Positions 19,934 through 30,677 of a stretch of DNA of 64,000 nucleotides are shown in pieces. A program made the position numbers and the translations under genes. This DNA is from Aliiglaciecola sp. Lineage in GTDB: Bacteria; Pseudomonadota; Gammaproteobacteria; Enterobacterales; Alteromonadaceae. Location of the stretch: positions 4,638-68,637 of the forward strand of contig JAOMVH010000002.1 in assembly GCA_028356795.1 (NCBI GenBank), in the 5' to 3' direction. A model generated the notes under the pieces. The model ran no database searches. It worked only from the letters and a program-made list of their open reading frames with translations, and was not told where the DNA came from. Numbering within the stretch: the first letter of the stretch is position 1; every line of letters begins with the position of its first letter.

Positions 19934-21689
19934 CGTCTCCCGCCTGTTCATCTAGCTCGGTTGACATTTCTTGGGTATTTTTCGCCCCTTCACTATCAGC
20001 GACCATCTCAACTAAACGCAAAACTTCATCAACCGTAGTGAAGCCCATTTTGGCATAGGACAAAGCCACGCTTGCCAACGACGCGTAACTTGGATTAGCA
20101 ACGGCAGCCTTGCTAAAGGCGACTGTATCCGAGACTTTGAGAGCATCCATCATAGCTTCATTCATTTCAAGAAGCTCAAATACCCCCATTCTGCCGCGAT
20201 AGCCTTTTTGATTGCAATTTTGACACCCTGCGCCCATTTTGAAAGTCGCGGTTTTAGCACTCTTGTCAATATTTCCTAACCAGAACATTTCTTCTTCATT
20301 AGGAACATAATCGGTTTTACAGTTATCACAGATGCGACGAACCAGTCGTTGTGCAACAATCGCTCGCAATGAGCTTGCCACCAGATAACCCGGCGCTCCC
20401 ATATCGAGTAGTCTAATGGCACTACTGATCGCATCGTTGGTATGCAGTGTGGATAACACCAAATGCCCAGTTAGGGCACCTCTTAGCCCAATTTCCACTG
20501 TTTCGGTATCACGCATCTCACCCACCATAATGACATCGGGGTCTTGTCTTAAGGTCGTGCGCAGCACATTAGAAAAAGTGAGGTCGATTTTGGTATTAAC
20601 CTGTACCTGGTTAATTCGTGGCAGACGATACTCAACCGGATCCTCAACAGTGATGATTTTGGTTTCCGGTGAATTGAGTTCACTCATAGCGCCGTACAAG
20701 GTGGTTGTTTTACCCGAACCTGTGGGACCCGTGACTAATATCATGCCATGGGGACGTTGCAACATAGTTCGGAATCGCCGAAGCAGTGGCCCGGGCATAC
20801 CTGTTTGTTCGAGCGTTAACAAGCCTGCGGATTGGTCAAGTAAGCGCATTACAACAGACTCGCCATTTTGCACTGGCATGGTAGAGATACGGACATCAAC
20901 AGTATGCCCTTTTATTCTCACTTGAGTCCGGCCGTCTTGAGGCAAACGTTTTTCAGAGATATCCAGTCCAGACATGAGCTTTAAACGCAATACCAATGCC
21001 GAAGCAATGTTTTTTTCTTTAATCACGTTTTCTTGCAGTATGCCGTCTACCCGTTGCCGAATTCTGAGCATACCTTCATCTGGTTCGATATGAATGTCGG
21101 ACGCTTTAGCTTGAACCGCATCTTCAAAGATTGATTGCAAAAGGCGCGCGACAGCAGTGTCTTGCTCTTCTTCTATACCACTGGTGAAATCAAACTCGTC
21201 GTCACTGTCGTATTCCTCTGCCAGTTCTTGCGCGAACGAGGCAATCTCTTCGGTACGACGATAAAAGCTGTCATAGGCTTCAAACAATTGTGCCTCAGCC
21301 ACCACTGCCAGTGTTAAAGGCTTGGGCAACAGTCCTGACAAGGCATCAACCGCGTTGATATCTGCAGGGTCACTCATTCCAACTAGCAATTTGTCGCCTT
21401 TGTCATCTAACACGATGGCGCGATATCGCCGCGCTTGAACTTCAGGAAGCAACTTCACATGTTCTGGCTGGACGCGATACTCAGGAATATTAATCAGTGG
21501 AACTTGTAAATGTTGAGACAAAAACGTTAGTAAATCGTGTTCTGAAACAAAGCCTTGCTCTACCAACACCGCACCTAACTTACGGCCTGACTCACGCTGC
21601 GCCGACAAGGCTTGCATCAGCTGTGGCTCAGTAATGATATAGTTTTGAACGAGCAAATCACCTAGACGAATTTTGGCTTTTGGTTGCAT
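19920..21689 (-). CDS. mshE: MshE extension ATPase with MshEN c-di-GMP-binding N-terminus
   Basis: RLGDLLV...KLGAVLV tandem motif; Walker A GPTGSGKTT; LRQDPD; tetra-Cys motif. Confidence 0.96.
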   Translation of the reverse strand: MQPKAKIRLGDLLVQNYIITEPQLMQALSAQRESGRKLGAVLVEQGFVSEHDLLTFLSQHLQVPLINIPEYRVQPEHVKLLPEVQARRYRAIVLDDKGDKLLVGMSDPADINAVDALSGLLPKPLTLAVVAEAQLFEAYDSFYRRTEEIASFAQELAEEYDSDDEFDFTSGIEEEQDTAVARLLQSIFEDAVQAKASDIHIEPDEGMLRIRQRVDGILQENVIKEKNIASALVLRLKLMSGLDISEKRLPQDGRTQVRIKGHTVDVRISTMPVQNGESVVMRLLDQSAGLLTLEQTGMPGPLLRRFRTMLQRPHGMILVTGPTGSGKTTTLYGAMSELNSPETKIITVEDPVEYRLPRINQVQVNTKIDLTFSNVLRTTLRQDPDVIMVGEMRDTETVEIGLRGALTGHLVLSTLHTNDAISSAIRLLDMGAPGYLVASSLRAIVAQRLVRRICDNCKTDYVPNEEEMFWLGNIDKSAKTATFKMGAGCQNCNQKGYRGRMGVFELLEMNEAMMDALKVSDTVAFSKAAVANPSYASLASVALSYAKMGFTTVDEVLRLVEMVADSEGAKNTQEMSTELDEQAGDDGAV

Positions 21690-22867
21690 TAATTCACCCC
21701 TGCCAAATACTGGATTCTTTGATCGACAAATTTTTCGACCTCAATGGTTAATTGCGATAACTGCTGAACATATCGATATGCCGATAGCGCTTGCTTTGGG
21801 TTGTTTAAACGCTCATTAGCGATAGCTAACCCCAGCCACCACTTAGCCTGGGCAGGCTGAAGTTGAGTCAGCTGTTGATAATCTTTTTGTGCCTCGCTGA
21901 AGCGCTCAAGTTGTTGAGCCAGAACGGCACGATATGACAGAAATGAGAGAGTTTGAGCCTTGCTCCCACCATAAGCGATTAATAAATCGTGTGCCTTTTG
22001 CGGATTTTTTAACTGTACATGTAACTTCGCTTGCATCATGCGAAACTCGATATTGTCGGGTTGCTGCTGGATACCTTGTGCTAACACAACATCAGCTTGT
22101 GTGTAATCCTTTTGAGAGAAAAGCAGCGCAGTAAGTCGCTTGCGGGCAGCGGGGGTATCAGGGGCAATGTTCAGCAATTTTTTCAATAACTGAATTGCTG
22201 TTTTATTGTCGCTTCTACTAAGTGCAATTTGTACTTGGCGGCGAATATCTTCTTGGGTTTCAACCGTGCGAGTAAACTTAATGGCAACTGCTTGCTCTTC
22301 AGGCTCAGAAGCTGCTGAGTCATCGTTGTCTTGCGATTTCACTTTAACACTATTGCCCAAAACTTGATTACTGAGTTTGCCTTGGTTAGCAATAGAGGCG
22401 GTTTCCATGTTTGGCTGATTGTCAGTAGAGAGTTGGCTTGGTTTTTTGGTAGCGACCTCGATTGCAGGTGATGGCTCGACTATTTTTAAATCGGGCTTAA
22501 CCACTGACGTTTCGACCAACGTATCCTGGTTAGCACTTTTAGTCTCACTCACCACTTGGTCGTCATTATTGCTACGCGTGTTATTGTCACTTGCCGAAGA
22601 TTGCAATGGTTTGACAACATTATCATTGGCGCTTTCTATTTCCCTTGTTTGCTCCTTAGTCTCTTCGGAGCTAGTAAGTAAAGGAGGATTTGAGTTGGCC
22701 ATGAACTTGATGTAAACGAACCAACTGGCAGCTGCAATAAAAACAACTAACGCAAACAGTACCCAAGGGGAGAGCCTGGTTTTTTGTGGTGCCTGGTAGT
22801 CTGCGTTTAGATCAGAGCCAGACTTTCTCGCCTCCAAGTCTTGCAGCATTTTATTTACCACGCTCAC
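21689..22867 (-). CDS. mshN: MshN TPR protein
   Basis: MSVVNKMLQDLE N-terminus (GTG overlapping the mshM stop); TPR region with WWLGLAIA. Confidence 0.88.
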   Translation of the reverse strand: MSVVNKMLQDLEARKSGSDLNADYQAPQKTRLSPWVLFALVVFIAAASWFVYIKFMANSNPPLLTSSEETKEQTREIESANDNVVKPLQSSASDNNTRSNNDDQVVSETKSANQDTLVETSVVKPDLKIVEPSPAIEVATKKPSQLSTDNQPNMETASIANQGKLSNQVLGNSVKVKSQDNDDSAASEPEEQAVAIKFTRTVETQEDIRRQVQIALSRSDNKTAIQLLKKLLNIAPDTPAARKRLTALLFSQKDYTQADVVLAQGIQQQPDNIEFRMMQAKLHVQLKNPQKAHDLLIAYGGSKAQTLSFLSYRAVLAQQLERFSEAQKDYQQLTQLQPAQAKWWLGLAIANERLNNPKQALSAYRYVQQLSQLTIEVEKFVDQRIQYLAGVN

Positions 22868-23769
22868 AACATCCACCTCTCATAAGCAAAGGTGGCAGCA
22901 ATAGCAATCATAAAAACTACCGCAATGATGATGGCAAGCTTGACATGTTTATTAGGTAGTGAGGCAGCCTCGGTATCCTTAATTGCAATATGTAGATGAG
23001 ACAAAGTGACTTGCTGTTTGCCCTCGCCATAGGCCAGCATCAGTGCCTTGTGACAAAGCACATTGACGATTCTGGGCGTACCTTTACTGGCTTTGAACAT
23101 CAGCTCGGCACATTTACGATTAAAAATTTCTGCGCCGCGATAACCAGCAACAGCCATACGGTGGCGCACATATTGATAAACTTGATCAGCGTCCATCAAT
23201 CGTAAGGTATAAGAAAACGTGATCCTTTGTTTAAGTTGGCGAAGCTCCGGCAAAGCAAGCTTCTCGTCAAGCTCAGGTTGACCAAACAATACCACTTGCA
23301 ATAGCTTTCGAGATTCCGTTTCTAGGTTGGTCATTAGCCTTAGCGCTTCAATACTCTCAACGGGTAAGGCTTGGGCTTCATCAATAATGAGAACCACGCC
23401 TTTATTTTGTTGATGAATATGAATGAGTTGCTGCTGAATTCGATGGGTAAATTCTTGCTGATCAGAGTGGTCGGTTAAACTCACATTAAGTTCATTGGCC
23501 ACCGAACGGCGCAGTTCGACCGGGTTTAAGTAGGGATTGGGAATATAAGCGGTCACAAAATCTTGCGGTAACTCGTTGAGTAGCTTTCGGCAAATCAGTG
23601 TTTTGCCGGTACCCACTTCCCCCGTGACCTTGATAAAGCCTTCACCTGTTTTTAACGCAGTCACAAGCACCGCTATCGCTTCTTTATGACTGGGTAGTCC
23701 GAAGAAATAGTTGGTATTTGGCGTTAATGTAAACGGTAATTCCTTTATGCCGTAGTGGTAAAGGTACAT
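22864..23769 (-). CDS. mshM: MshM ExeA-family ATPase
   Basis: PFTLTPN, GEVGTGKT, IIDEAQ, LFGQPEL. Confidence 0.93.
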   Translation of the reverse strand: MYLYHYGIKELPFTLTPNTNYFFGLPSHKEAIAVLVTALKTGEGFIKVTGEVGTGKTLICRKLLNELPQDFVTAYIPNPYLNPVELRRSVANELNVSLTDHSDQQEFTHRIQQQLIHIHQQNKGVVLIIDEAQALPVESIEALRLMTNLETESRKLLQVVLFGQPELDEKLALPELRQLKQRITFSYTLRLMDADQVYQYVRHRMAVAGYRGAEIFNRKCAELMFKASKGTPRIVNVLCHKALMLAYGEGKQQVTLSHLHIAIKDTEAASLPNKHVKLAIIIAVVFMIAIAATFAYERWML

Positions 23770-23773
23770 TATT

Positions 23774-25432
23774 TTATTCCACGTATAACCAGTCAGCCAT
23801 TTGGTCTCGGCTTTGTTTTAGCTGTTGCTTCCAAGTATTTGCGTCAACAACTGTCGGCTTAAGCAAAATCACTAATTCTTTTTTGGTCTCAACATCATTT
23901 TTACTTTTGAATAAATTACCTAATATTGGGATATCTCCCAATAGTGGTGTTTGTGAATCGCGCTCAGACACAATCGATTGCATCAAGCCACCAATCACGA
24001 CTATCTCACCCGAATTTGCATGAATAACGGTATCTGATTCACGAATATTGCTTTGCGCCAAAGGCAAAACAAAACGCTCTTCGTTAAGAGTAATGACTTT
24101 TTCTTGTTCTTCCGTTTCAATAACAGATGGGTGAACGTGCAACAAAACACCGCCGTTTTCATCAATTTGCGGTGTTACATCCAAAGCAATTCCGGAAAAG
24201 AAAGGGGTTAATTCAATATTAGGTGTAACGGTCGTACTGCCTGAGGTGATGGTATTTTGATTCGATACTTCGGTCACAAAGTATTCGTCATCACCGACCT
24301 TAATCACCGCTTTTTGGTTGTTGGTTGCGGTGACTCTAGGGCTAGACAGTACTTGCACATTGCCCTGAGTTTCCAACAAGGTCAGCACCCCAGAAAAATC
24401 AGCATTTAAGAAAGATAAGCTGGTCACGCCACCAATAGCGGCAGATATTTGATTACCAAAGTTTCCTGCAGAGGTGGCAAAAGTTAATTCGGTGCTTCCA
24501 CCTCGGTCGGCAATTTGATTCCAGTTTATCCCTTGCTGATATTCATCGCTAAGTGAGACTTCAATAATACGCGCCTCTAACACGACTTGGCGTTTAACGA
24601 TCTCTTCAGATATTTTTAAGAAATCACGAACACTGCGGATCTCTGATGGCATAGCTCGAACTGTAACCAGCCCCGCTTGCGGCGTGACCATAACAATACG
24701 GCCATTATCAGTACCTATCATCGATTGCAAAGTAGCTTGAAGGTCTTTCCAAAAATCGGTTTCGGTGCGTGTGCTGATATTAACACCGTTGGTATTGTTG
24801 CCGCTTGAGCCGCCACCAATATTACTGCCATTGGTTGAATTACCGCTAAAATTATTAGCGCCATTGCCGCTACTAGAACCACCTTGACTACCAGCTACCT
24901 GAGATACACCACCAGATGAAATACTCGTTTGAGTCATGCCATCTCTTTGCATCAGCAAATAATTAACTGGAAAGGTTTCCGTTCTCATACCGGCAGGGAA
25001 AACACGGAAAATTTGATCCGTTTTTTGAATATCATAACCATAAAGCTCTGACACCAACGTGAAGACTTGATCAAGCGTGACTTGCTTCAAGCTCAATGAA
25101 ATGGTCCCAGCTACTTGGGGATGAATCGCAACACTGTATGGCGTGTCATCCACAAGACCAGCAAAGAAGCTAGTTGCTTCAACACTTTTTGCATTAATGT
25201 CATATTTTTCTTCGCCAAACATGGGGTCATCAAGCAGTGACTGCTCTGGCAATAGAGCCTGTGTTACCGCATCGGGAACTGTGTCCAAGGGTGCATTATG
25301 GCTACTCATGGCATCAACTTGCTGTTGCACGGCTGCATCCATCGATTTTTGTGCCGGCCCCTTTTCAGAGGTGGTTTGACAGCCCGCCAACAACCACGTG
25401 AAAACTACGATTAAACATTGCTTAGAAGTCAT
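23774..25432 (-). CDS. mshL: MshL secretin (lipoprotein)
   Basis: Lipobox LLAGC; NNQKAVIKVG; PLLGDIPILGNLF. Confidence 0.95.
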   Translation of the reverse strand: MTSKQCLIVVFTWLLAGCQTTSEKGPAQKSMDAAVQQQVDAMSSHNAPLDTVPDAVTQALLPEQSLLDDPMFGEEKYDINAKSVEATSFFAGLVDDTPYSVAIHPQVAGTISLSLKQVTLDQVFTLVSELYGYDIQKTDQIFRVFPAGMRTETFPVNYLLMQRDGMTQTSISSGGVSQVAGSQGGSSSGNGANNFSGNSTNGSNIGGGSSGNNTNGVNISTRTETDFWKDLQATLQSMIGTDNGRIVMVTPQAGLVTVRAMPSEIRSVRDFLKISEEIVKRQVVLEARIIEVSLSDEYQQGINWNQIADRGGSTELTFATSAGNFGNQISAAIGGVTSLSFLNADFSGVLTLLETQGNVQVLSSPRVTATNNQKAVIKVGDDEYFVTEVSNQNTITSGSTTVTPNIELTPFFSGIALDVTPQIDENGGVLLHVHPSVIETEEQEKVITLNEERFVLPLAQSNIRESDTVIHANSGEIVVIGGLMQSIVSERDSQTPLLGDIPILGNLFKSKNDVETKKELVILLKPTVVDANTWKQQLKQSRDQMADWLYVE

Positions 25433-25772
25433 TCGTTGCATCTTTTTTTATAGAAAATGGATTAACAAACAGTTCCGTCTCACGTCCTTGAACAATTAAA
25501 ACGACACCATTTTTATGAATTTTTTTAACCTTATTGCCTTTCCAGTCCTGTCCTTCAGTAACAGAATCGCCATTGATCACAGCGCTTTTACTGTTTTCTT
25601 TGATAAAAACTGCAGACACAACCAACGCGGAAGTCACCACTGAGCTTGACTCACTGCCAGATGCGCTCGCGATAAAGCCTTGAGGTCTTGTGGGATCCAC
25701 CGGCTGCTGCGCAAATGCAGGTTGACCAAGCATAAATGTAGTGATCAACACAAAGCGTCCCTTACCCATCAT
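25422..25772 (-). CDS. mshK: MshK
   Basis: DPTRP motif and AVING; position in cluster. Confidence 0.85.
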   Translation of the reverse strand: MMGKGRFVLITTFMLGQPAFAQQPVDPTRPQGFIASASGSESSSVVTSALVVSAVFIKENSKSAVINGDSVTEGQDWKGNKVKKIHKNGVVLIVQGRETELFVNPFSIKKDATNDF

Positions 25773-26442
25773 TCCACACCCCAATAAATGCCCGGTTGGT
25801 ACTCAAGGTATAAATCTCTATCTCGACTTCAGCCAGCGGATAATCTCCAACGTTGTAATGAAACTTTTTCCAATAAAATTGGTAGGGTAGCGCCTCAACC
25901 CGTTGCAAATATGCCTGAATATCAAAGTAGCTGCCTTGCAAGGTTATTTGCACACCGTGTTGATATAAATTGACATCAGTGAGCTCATTTTTTTCTTCCA
26001 TCACCAACATCGCAGTGGGCGCAATGGAGCGCATCTCCATCAATTTGAGCGAATCAAATTGTGCAAACACACGTTCGAGCAAGCGTGGCATTTGGTTGGC
26101 TGGCACCAAATCTTCCGTTTGAGCGGCTAAGGATGAATCAGCATCTGAAATTTGTTTTTGAATGGTAGAAAGGCGCGCTTTTATTGGCGCATCAGGGTCT
26201 TCTCGCAATGCAATCTTCAGTTGCTCTACTTGCATTTGTAATCGAGTAACTTCCGCTGATTGGCGCTGAACCTCCATCTTTTTCTTGTCCCAAGACATTA
26301 ATGTTGGTTCAATAAATAGAACATATCCACCCAGCAGTATCAGTGCTACCACTGCGGTTAAAGAAAGAACTCTCTCGCGGTGTGTTAGTGCAGCGAAGGT
26401 ATCTTGCCATTGGGCATATCGAGACGACAAAGAGTCACTCAT
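25762..26442 (-). CDS. mshJ: MshJ (PilO/GspM-like)
   Basis: LTHRER, LYQHGV, IYTLS. Confidence 0.9.
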   Translation of the reverse strand: MSDSLSSRYAQWQDTFAALTHRERVLSLTAVVALILLGGYVLFIEPTLMSWDKKKMEVQRQSAEVTRLQMQVEQLKIALREDPDAPIKARLSTIQKQISDADSSLAAQTEDLVPANQMPRLLERVFAQFDSLKLMEMRSIAPTAMLVMEEKNELTDVNLYQHGVQITLQGSYFDIQAYLQRVEALPYQFYWKKFHYNVGDYPLAEVEIEIYTLSTNRAFIGVWNDG

Positions 26443-27044
26443 TCACCATCTCCTTTCACGTCATCCAACTCGGAGCTCAGTATAAAGTTTAGCGTGTCTT
26501 TGTCATTACGCATCATTCTTGCACCAGCAAACTCTCTGCCAGAAAAATAATTTGCCTGACCAAGTTTGGATACCCATTTGGGTAATGCTTCCGAATTTGC
26601 CGTGGTGCCTTCCATATACAACTTACGTTCGTCTAAGGAGATTGTCGTTAACCACAATGAAGGCTGATGATATTGTGCAAGATCAGCCATTAACGCAGAG
26701 AAGCCATTGCTACGCTGAGTTTCTCGGTTATTAAGCTCATCTAAGATGGTTAGCTTCATGTCTAATTCTTGCTGGTTCTTTTCGATAGAAGCAATAATAG
26801 ACATATTTTGTGTGCGGGAATCTTTTGCTTCTCTGAAGGTATCAACCTGGAATTTAGTTTGTTCTACTTCTGCCAGTAGCCCATCAATTTTGTTTTCGGT
26901 ATTGGTGTACAAAGTATTGGCCCAAACCCATCCAGCCAAAATAATCAGGGTGCAAAAGGTAGCCATAAAAAGGACGAAATTTAGATTGAGAAGAACAATC
27001 TTGGGTTTTAAGTCATCTCGGAAAAAATTGATTCTATTTTTCAT
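26439..27044 (-). CDS. MshI2, PilN-like
   Basis: MKNRINF N-terminus, single TM, LWLTTI; start moved to ATG 27044. Confidence 0.8.
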   Translation of the reverse strand: MKNRINFFRDDLKPKIVLLNLNFVLFMATFCTLIILAGWVWANTLYTNTENKIDGLLAEVEQTKFQVDTFREAKDSRTQNMSIIASIEKNQQELDMKLTILDELNNRETQRSNGFSALMADLAQYHQPSLWLTTISLDERKLYMEGTTANSEALPKWVSKLGQANYFSGREFAGARMMRNDKDTLNFILSSELDDVKGDGE

Positions 27045-27969
27045 GGACCAATCCGTTTTGTTGCATGAAAGCAGCACCAATGCTGCCAACCAAACTGGTT
27101 CGGTAAAACAAATCATCCGTCGACTCAATTTCAGGTACTAGAGCCTCTACTTGCATGAAGGTTAATTGCTGCATAATTTCAGCTAACTTATCAATATGAG
27201 GAGATTCGATAGAGAGCAAAATCTTTTTAACTGGCGCTTGACGCAATTGGCTCTCGAAATAATCCATCGAACGTTGAATTTCAACGCTTAAGTTATCCCC
27301 GACGCCCATTTGCAATTCTTGCTCACTAAACGTCGATAGGTTTTCGTATCCTCGTAATCGCCGCGAAAAGTAGATATCTCCCCGTTTAATAATATTTAGA
27401 CAAATATCTTGCCCCGGCTCTTGCACTAATGTGAGCACGGCGTCGTCACTATTTTCAACCAAATCAGCAACCACCAGCTCCAAAATACCAACACTTTTTA
27501 ATTCCAGACTCGCGTCATGTATCCCTTGTGTTATTTGCTGCATTTCGGCTTGTGTTAATGCAACCACATTGACTTTGTTTGCGCCGGCACTTTGCGCAGG
27601 CAAGTCAAAATAATCGACAACAATATCATCTTGATGGGGAACAAGATCTTTGACAGTCCAAACTAGCGCCTGGGCCAATTCAGCATCATCAACTTGGGGT
27701 TTATCAACTTGTTGAACTTGATATTTACTAGCAGCCAAAATTACGTGGCATGGGGTATTGGCCAGGGACTCATCTGAAACATAGTTTTTGAGGTGCTTTT
27801 GCCACTCGTGAGCAGGCAACAGTTGTTGCTTAACCCAACGAACCGTTTGCTTGTCTTTTAACAGAACAGACACTTGGATAGAATCAATGCCAAACTCCAA
27901 TCCTATGGAGTAATACTTGGATGGTTTTTTCAAGCGCTGCTTTATATATTGACGCCAACCTGCATGCAT
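27034..27969 (-). CDS. mshI: MshI1, PilM-like
   Basis: VVDYFDLP, LSVEIQRSMDYFESQLRQAP; first gene of the cluster. Confidence 0.88.
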   Translation of the reverse strand: MHAGWRQYIKQRLKKPSKYYSIGLEFGIDSIQVSVLLKDKQTVRWVKQQLLPAHEWQKHLKNYVSDESLANTPCHVILAASKYQVQQVDKPQVDDAELAQALVWTVKDLVPHQDDIVVDYFDLPAQSAGANKVNVVALTQAEMQQITQGIHDASLELKSVGILELVVADLVENSDDAVLTLVQEPGQDICLNIIKRGDIYFSRRLRGYENLSTFSEQELQMGVGDNLSVEIQRSMDYFESQLRQAPVKKILLSIESPHIDKLAEIMQQLTFMQVEALVPEIESTDDLFYRTSLVGSIGAAFMQQNGLVHEK

Positions 27970-28175
27970 AGATTACGCTTTTGTCTTTATTTTATTTATT
28001 ATCAATCTATTACAGCAAACTTCGCTACTTTTCGCTAGATAAATTGATGGGCATTACGACTAAATGATGAGAAATAGTTGGCTGTTTAGCGAATTATTAT
28101 CTTGTTGGCAGTGTTTCGACATCCATAAGATAAAAATCAGCGCAAGAGCATAAAGAAAATCGACACACACAATAT

Positions 28176-28201
28176 AAAAAAGCCCTGCAATGACAGGGCT
28201 T
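28176..28201 (-). terminator. Intrinsic terminator of ssb
   Basis: AGCCCTG-caatga-CAGGGCT stem preceded by an A-run (U tract on minus strand). Confidence 0.8.
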
Positions 28202-28236
28202 CAATATCAGTAAATTACACTAAGTGTCGGTATTCC

Positions 28237-28824
28237 TCAGAACGGAATATCGTCGTCAAAATCAAAATCAGGTTCAGCCATAGGAGGCTGTTGAGCAGGT
28301 TTCGCGCCTTGTCCCTGATTGGCAGGAGCTTGTTGAGGTGCATTGCCACCATATTGCTGACCACCACCTTGTGGTGCTTGTTGGTAATTCTGCTGAGGTG
28401 CGCTTTGCTGGGGTGCATTTTGCTGTGGACGTTGCTGGTTTTGGTTGTATCCGCCACCCATGTTGTCGCCCTGACCACCTTGGCCGCCTCTGCCACCTAA
28501 CATTTGCATTTGGTCGACAATAATCTCAGTTGTATATTTGTCTTGGCCACTTTGGTCTTGCCATTTACGCGTTTGCAGTTTGCCTTCTACGTAAACTTGT
28601 GACCCTTTGCGCAGATACTCACCAGCAATTTCAGCTAGACGGCGGTACATGGTTAAACGATGCCATTCTGTGCGCTCTTGCATTTGGCCTTGTTGATCTT
28701 TCCAGCTTTCACTGGTTGCTAAGCTAAGATTAGCCACAGCGTTTCCGTTTGGCATATACCTTACTTCTGGATCTTGTCCAATATTACCAACTAAAATTAC
28801 TTTGTTTATGCCTTTAGATGCCAT
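28237..28824 (-). CDS. ssb: Single-stranded DNA-binding protein
   Basis: [17 protein letters not shown]-rich linker, DDDIPF tail. Confidence 0.99.
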   Translation of the reverse strand: MASKGINKVILVGNIGQDPEVRYMPNGNAVANLSLATSESWKDQQGQMQERTEWHRLTMYRRLAEIAGEYLRKGSQVYVEGKLQTRKWQDQSGQDKYTTEIIVDQMQMLGGRGGQGGQGDNMGGGYNQNQQRPQQNAPQQSAPQQNYQQAPQGGGQQYGGNAPQQAPANQGQGAKPAQQPPMAEPDFDFDDDIPF

Positions 28825-28963
28825 GATTACTCCTATCTTGTGTTCTTTTACCACTTAAACGTCGGTGCCAACTTAGCGTTTACGTCTGTTACGCTGCTTG
28901 TCAAATCGATAAAAAGCGACCTGCGTAGTGTGGGCATTTGTCTTTTTTATAAGCCAAACAATA

Positions 28964-28979
28964 CTGTATTAATGATCCG
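28964..28979. promoter_or_regulatory. Possible degenerate LexA box upstream of ssb
   Basis: TA-CTGTATTAATGATCCG versus consensus CTGT-N8-ACAG; right half imperfect. Confidence 0.35.
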
Positions 28980-29118
28980 GTAAGTGTATAACGAATAGCA
29001 GGTCCAATACCATTAGACTGTTAGGTTATTTGCAACCTATTTTGCAGTCTTTGTATATTCAAGTTCTATCCAAGTCCGTATTAGTTTGGCACAAACTCAA
29101 AATTACCAAGTACAGAAT

Positions 29119-30459
29119 TTATTGAGTACCGATAATCTGTTGGGCTTGTTGCAAATTAAAGTGCTTATCAGCTTTGATATAAAACGTACTTTCGGTGTTA
29201 TCTAAGGCGACTTCTAGTGCGCCTTCCATCCTCATCAATTGCTCGCATGCTTCATCCAATTGATGTTTCGAGCCTTGCCCGATAAGGGTGTAGCGTCTTA
29301 CCGTATCGACAGACTTTAATCCTAAAATAATCCACGCCCACGCCAACAATAACACTACGCCAAACCATAACACGTGACCGGGTTGCAAAAAATTACTCAA
29401 AATTCCCGCCGATACTCCGCCAATGAAGGCACCAAAAAACTGGAAGCTGGCAAACATGCCCATCGCCGAACCCTTTTTGCCCGCTGGGGCGATACTCGAC
29501 ACCCATGCGGGTAAGTTGGCTTCTAAGTAATTAAATCCGCTAAAAAATAGCACCGCAAAAACCGAAATAAGCATAACGCTAGGGGCGATAGACAATCCCG
29601 CACACGCAACGATAAGCAGCGCTATCGATACCAACATCAGGGTTTTACGGGCAAAGGTACGATTGAGTCCCATGAGTAAAGTGAGTCCAAGTATCGACGT
29701 CAGCAAAATTGGCCAATAAATATGCCAATGACCGTCAATGGGTTCGCCACTGGCAACTAACATAATGGGAATTTGCATGAAAAATAGGGTTATCAAGCAG
29801 TGAAGAATACACACACTGATGTTTAATCGTTTAATTTGATGATTGCTAAACAGCGCTTTTAGATCTTTTAAGCTAGGTAGTGTGTCACCACTTGGTGCTT
29901 TACTGTGACCATTGGGTACGACCAACCAAACTAACGGTATACAAATAGCTGCCAGAGCAGCGGTAATTAAAAATATACCAGATAAGCTCCACTTCTCGGC
30001 AATTAGAGGGCCAAGCAATAAGGCTAAATAAAAGGAAAATCCTATGGCGATGCCTATGATTGCCATCACTTTGGCACGCTGATTTTCGCGACTAACATCG
30101 GCAGCTAAGGCCATGATAGCACCGGCGATAGCGCCAGCACCTTGCAGTAAACGTCCAATCACCAGCATCCACATGTTTTCTGCCAAGCCAGCAATTAGGC
30201 TACCCACACAGAACAACAACAAACCCGCAACAATAATAGGTTTACGACCGTATTTGTCGGACAACATTCCCATCGGTATTTGCAATATAGCTTGTGTCAG
30301 TCCATAACCGCCAATCGCCAAACCAACCAGTATGACGGAATAATCTGCATAGTTTTGGGCCATGACCGCTAAAACCGGCATAACCATAAAAAGCCCGAGC
30401 ATTCTCAGCACATAGACAAAGGCGAGGGAAATAGCAGTTCTTAATTCAGTGGAGTTCAC
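29119..30459 (-). CDS. YajR-like MFS transporter
   Basis: LRMLGLFMVMPVL, SDKYGRKP; typical location between uvrA and ssb; GTG 30459 likely start. Confidence 0.88.
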   Translation of the reverse strand: MNSTELRTAISLAFVYVLRMLGLFMVMPVLAVMAQNYADYSVILVGLAIGGYGLTQAILQIPMGMLSDKYGRKPIIVAGLLLFCVGSLIAGLAENMWMLVIGRLLQGAGAIAGAIMALAADVSRENQRAKVMAIIGIAIGFSFYLALLLGPLIAEKWSLSGIFLITAALAAICIPLVWLVVPNGHSKAPSGDTLPSLKDLKALFSNHQIKRLNISVCILHCLITLFFMQIPIMLVASGEPIDGHWHIYWPILLTSILGLTLLMGLNRTFARKTLMLVSIALLIVACAGLSIAPSVMLISVFAVLFFSGFNYLEANLPAWVSSIAPAGKKGSAMGMFASFQFFGAFIGGVSAGILSNFLQPGHVLWFGVVLLLAWAWIILGLKSVDTVRRYTLIGQGSKHQLDEACEQLMRMEGALEVALDNTESTFYIKADKHFNLQQAQQIIGTQ

Positions 30460-30677
30460 AACAAGTAACGGATCTTTCAAGTGGGTTGATGAATGTTCGG
30501 TGGCGAAGTTTAGCATAGCAAGTTATTGGGTGACAGCAACTACATGCCAGTAATACATCAAGAACAAGCCACAGAATATTTTTATCGCTTTTTTTAGCAG
30601 ATTTTGATGTTGGCAATAGAGCCAAAATCGGGATTGTGTAATAATCGATCTTTTGGTTCAGCCATCAATCGGGAAAC

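Noticed and set aside
20416-20925. 169-aa antisense ORF inside mshE
   Set aside because: Typical opposite-strand shadow of a conserved ATPase domain.
28300-28500. Repetitive CAG/CAA-rich stretch
   Set aside because: Normal Q/G/P-rich disordered linker of SSB.
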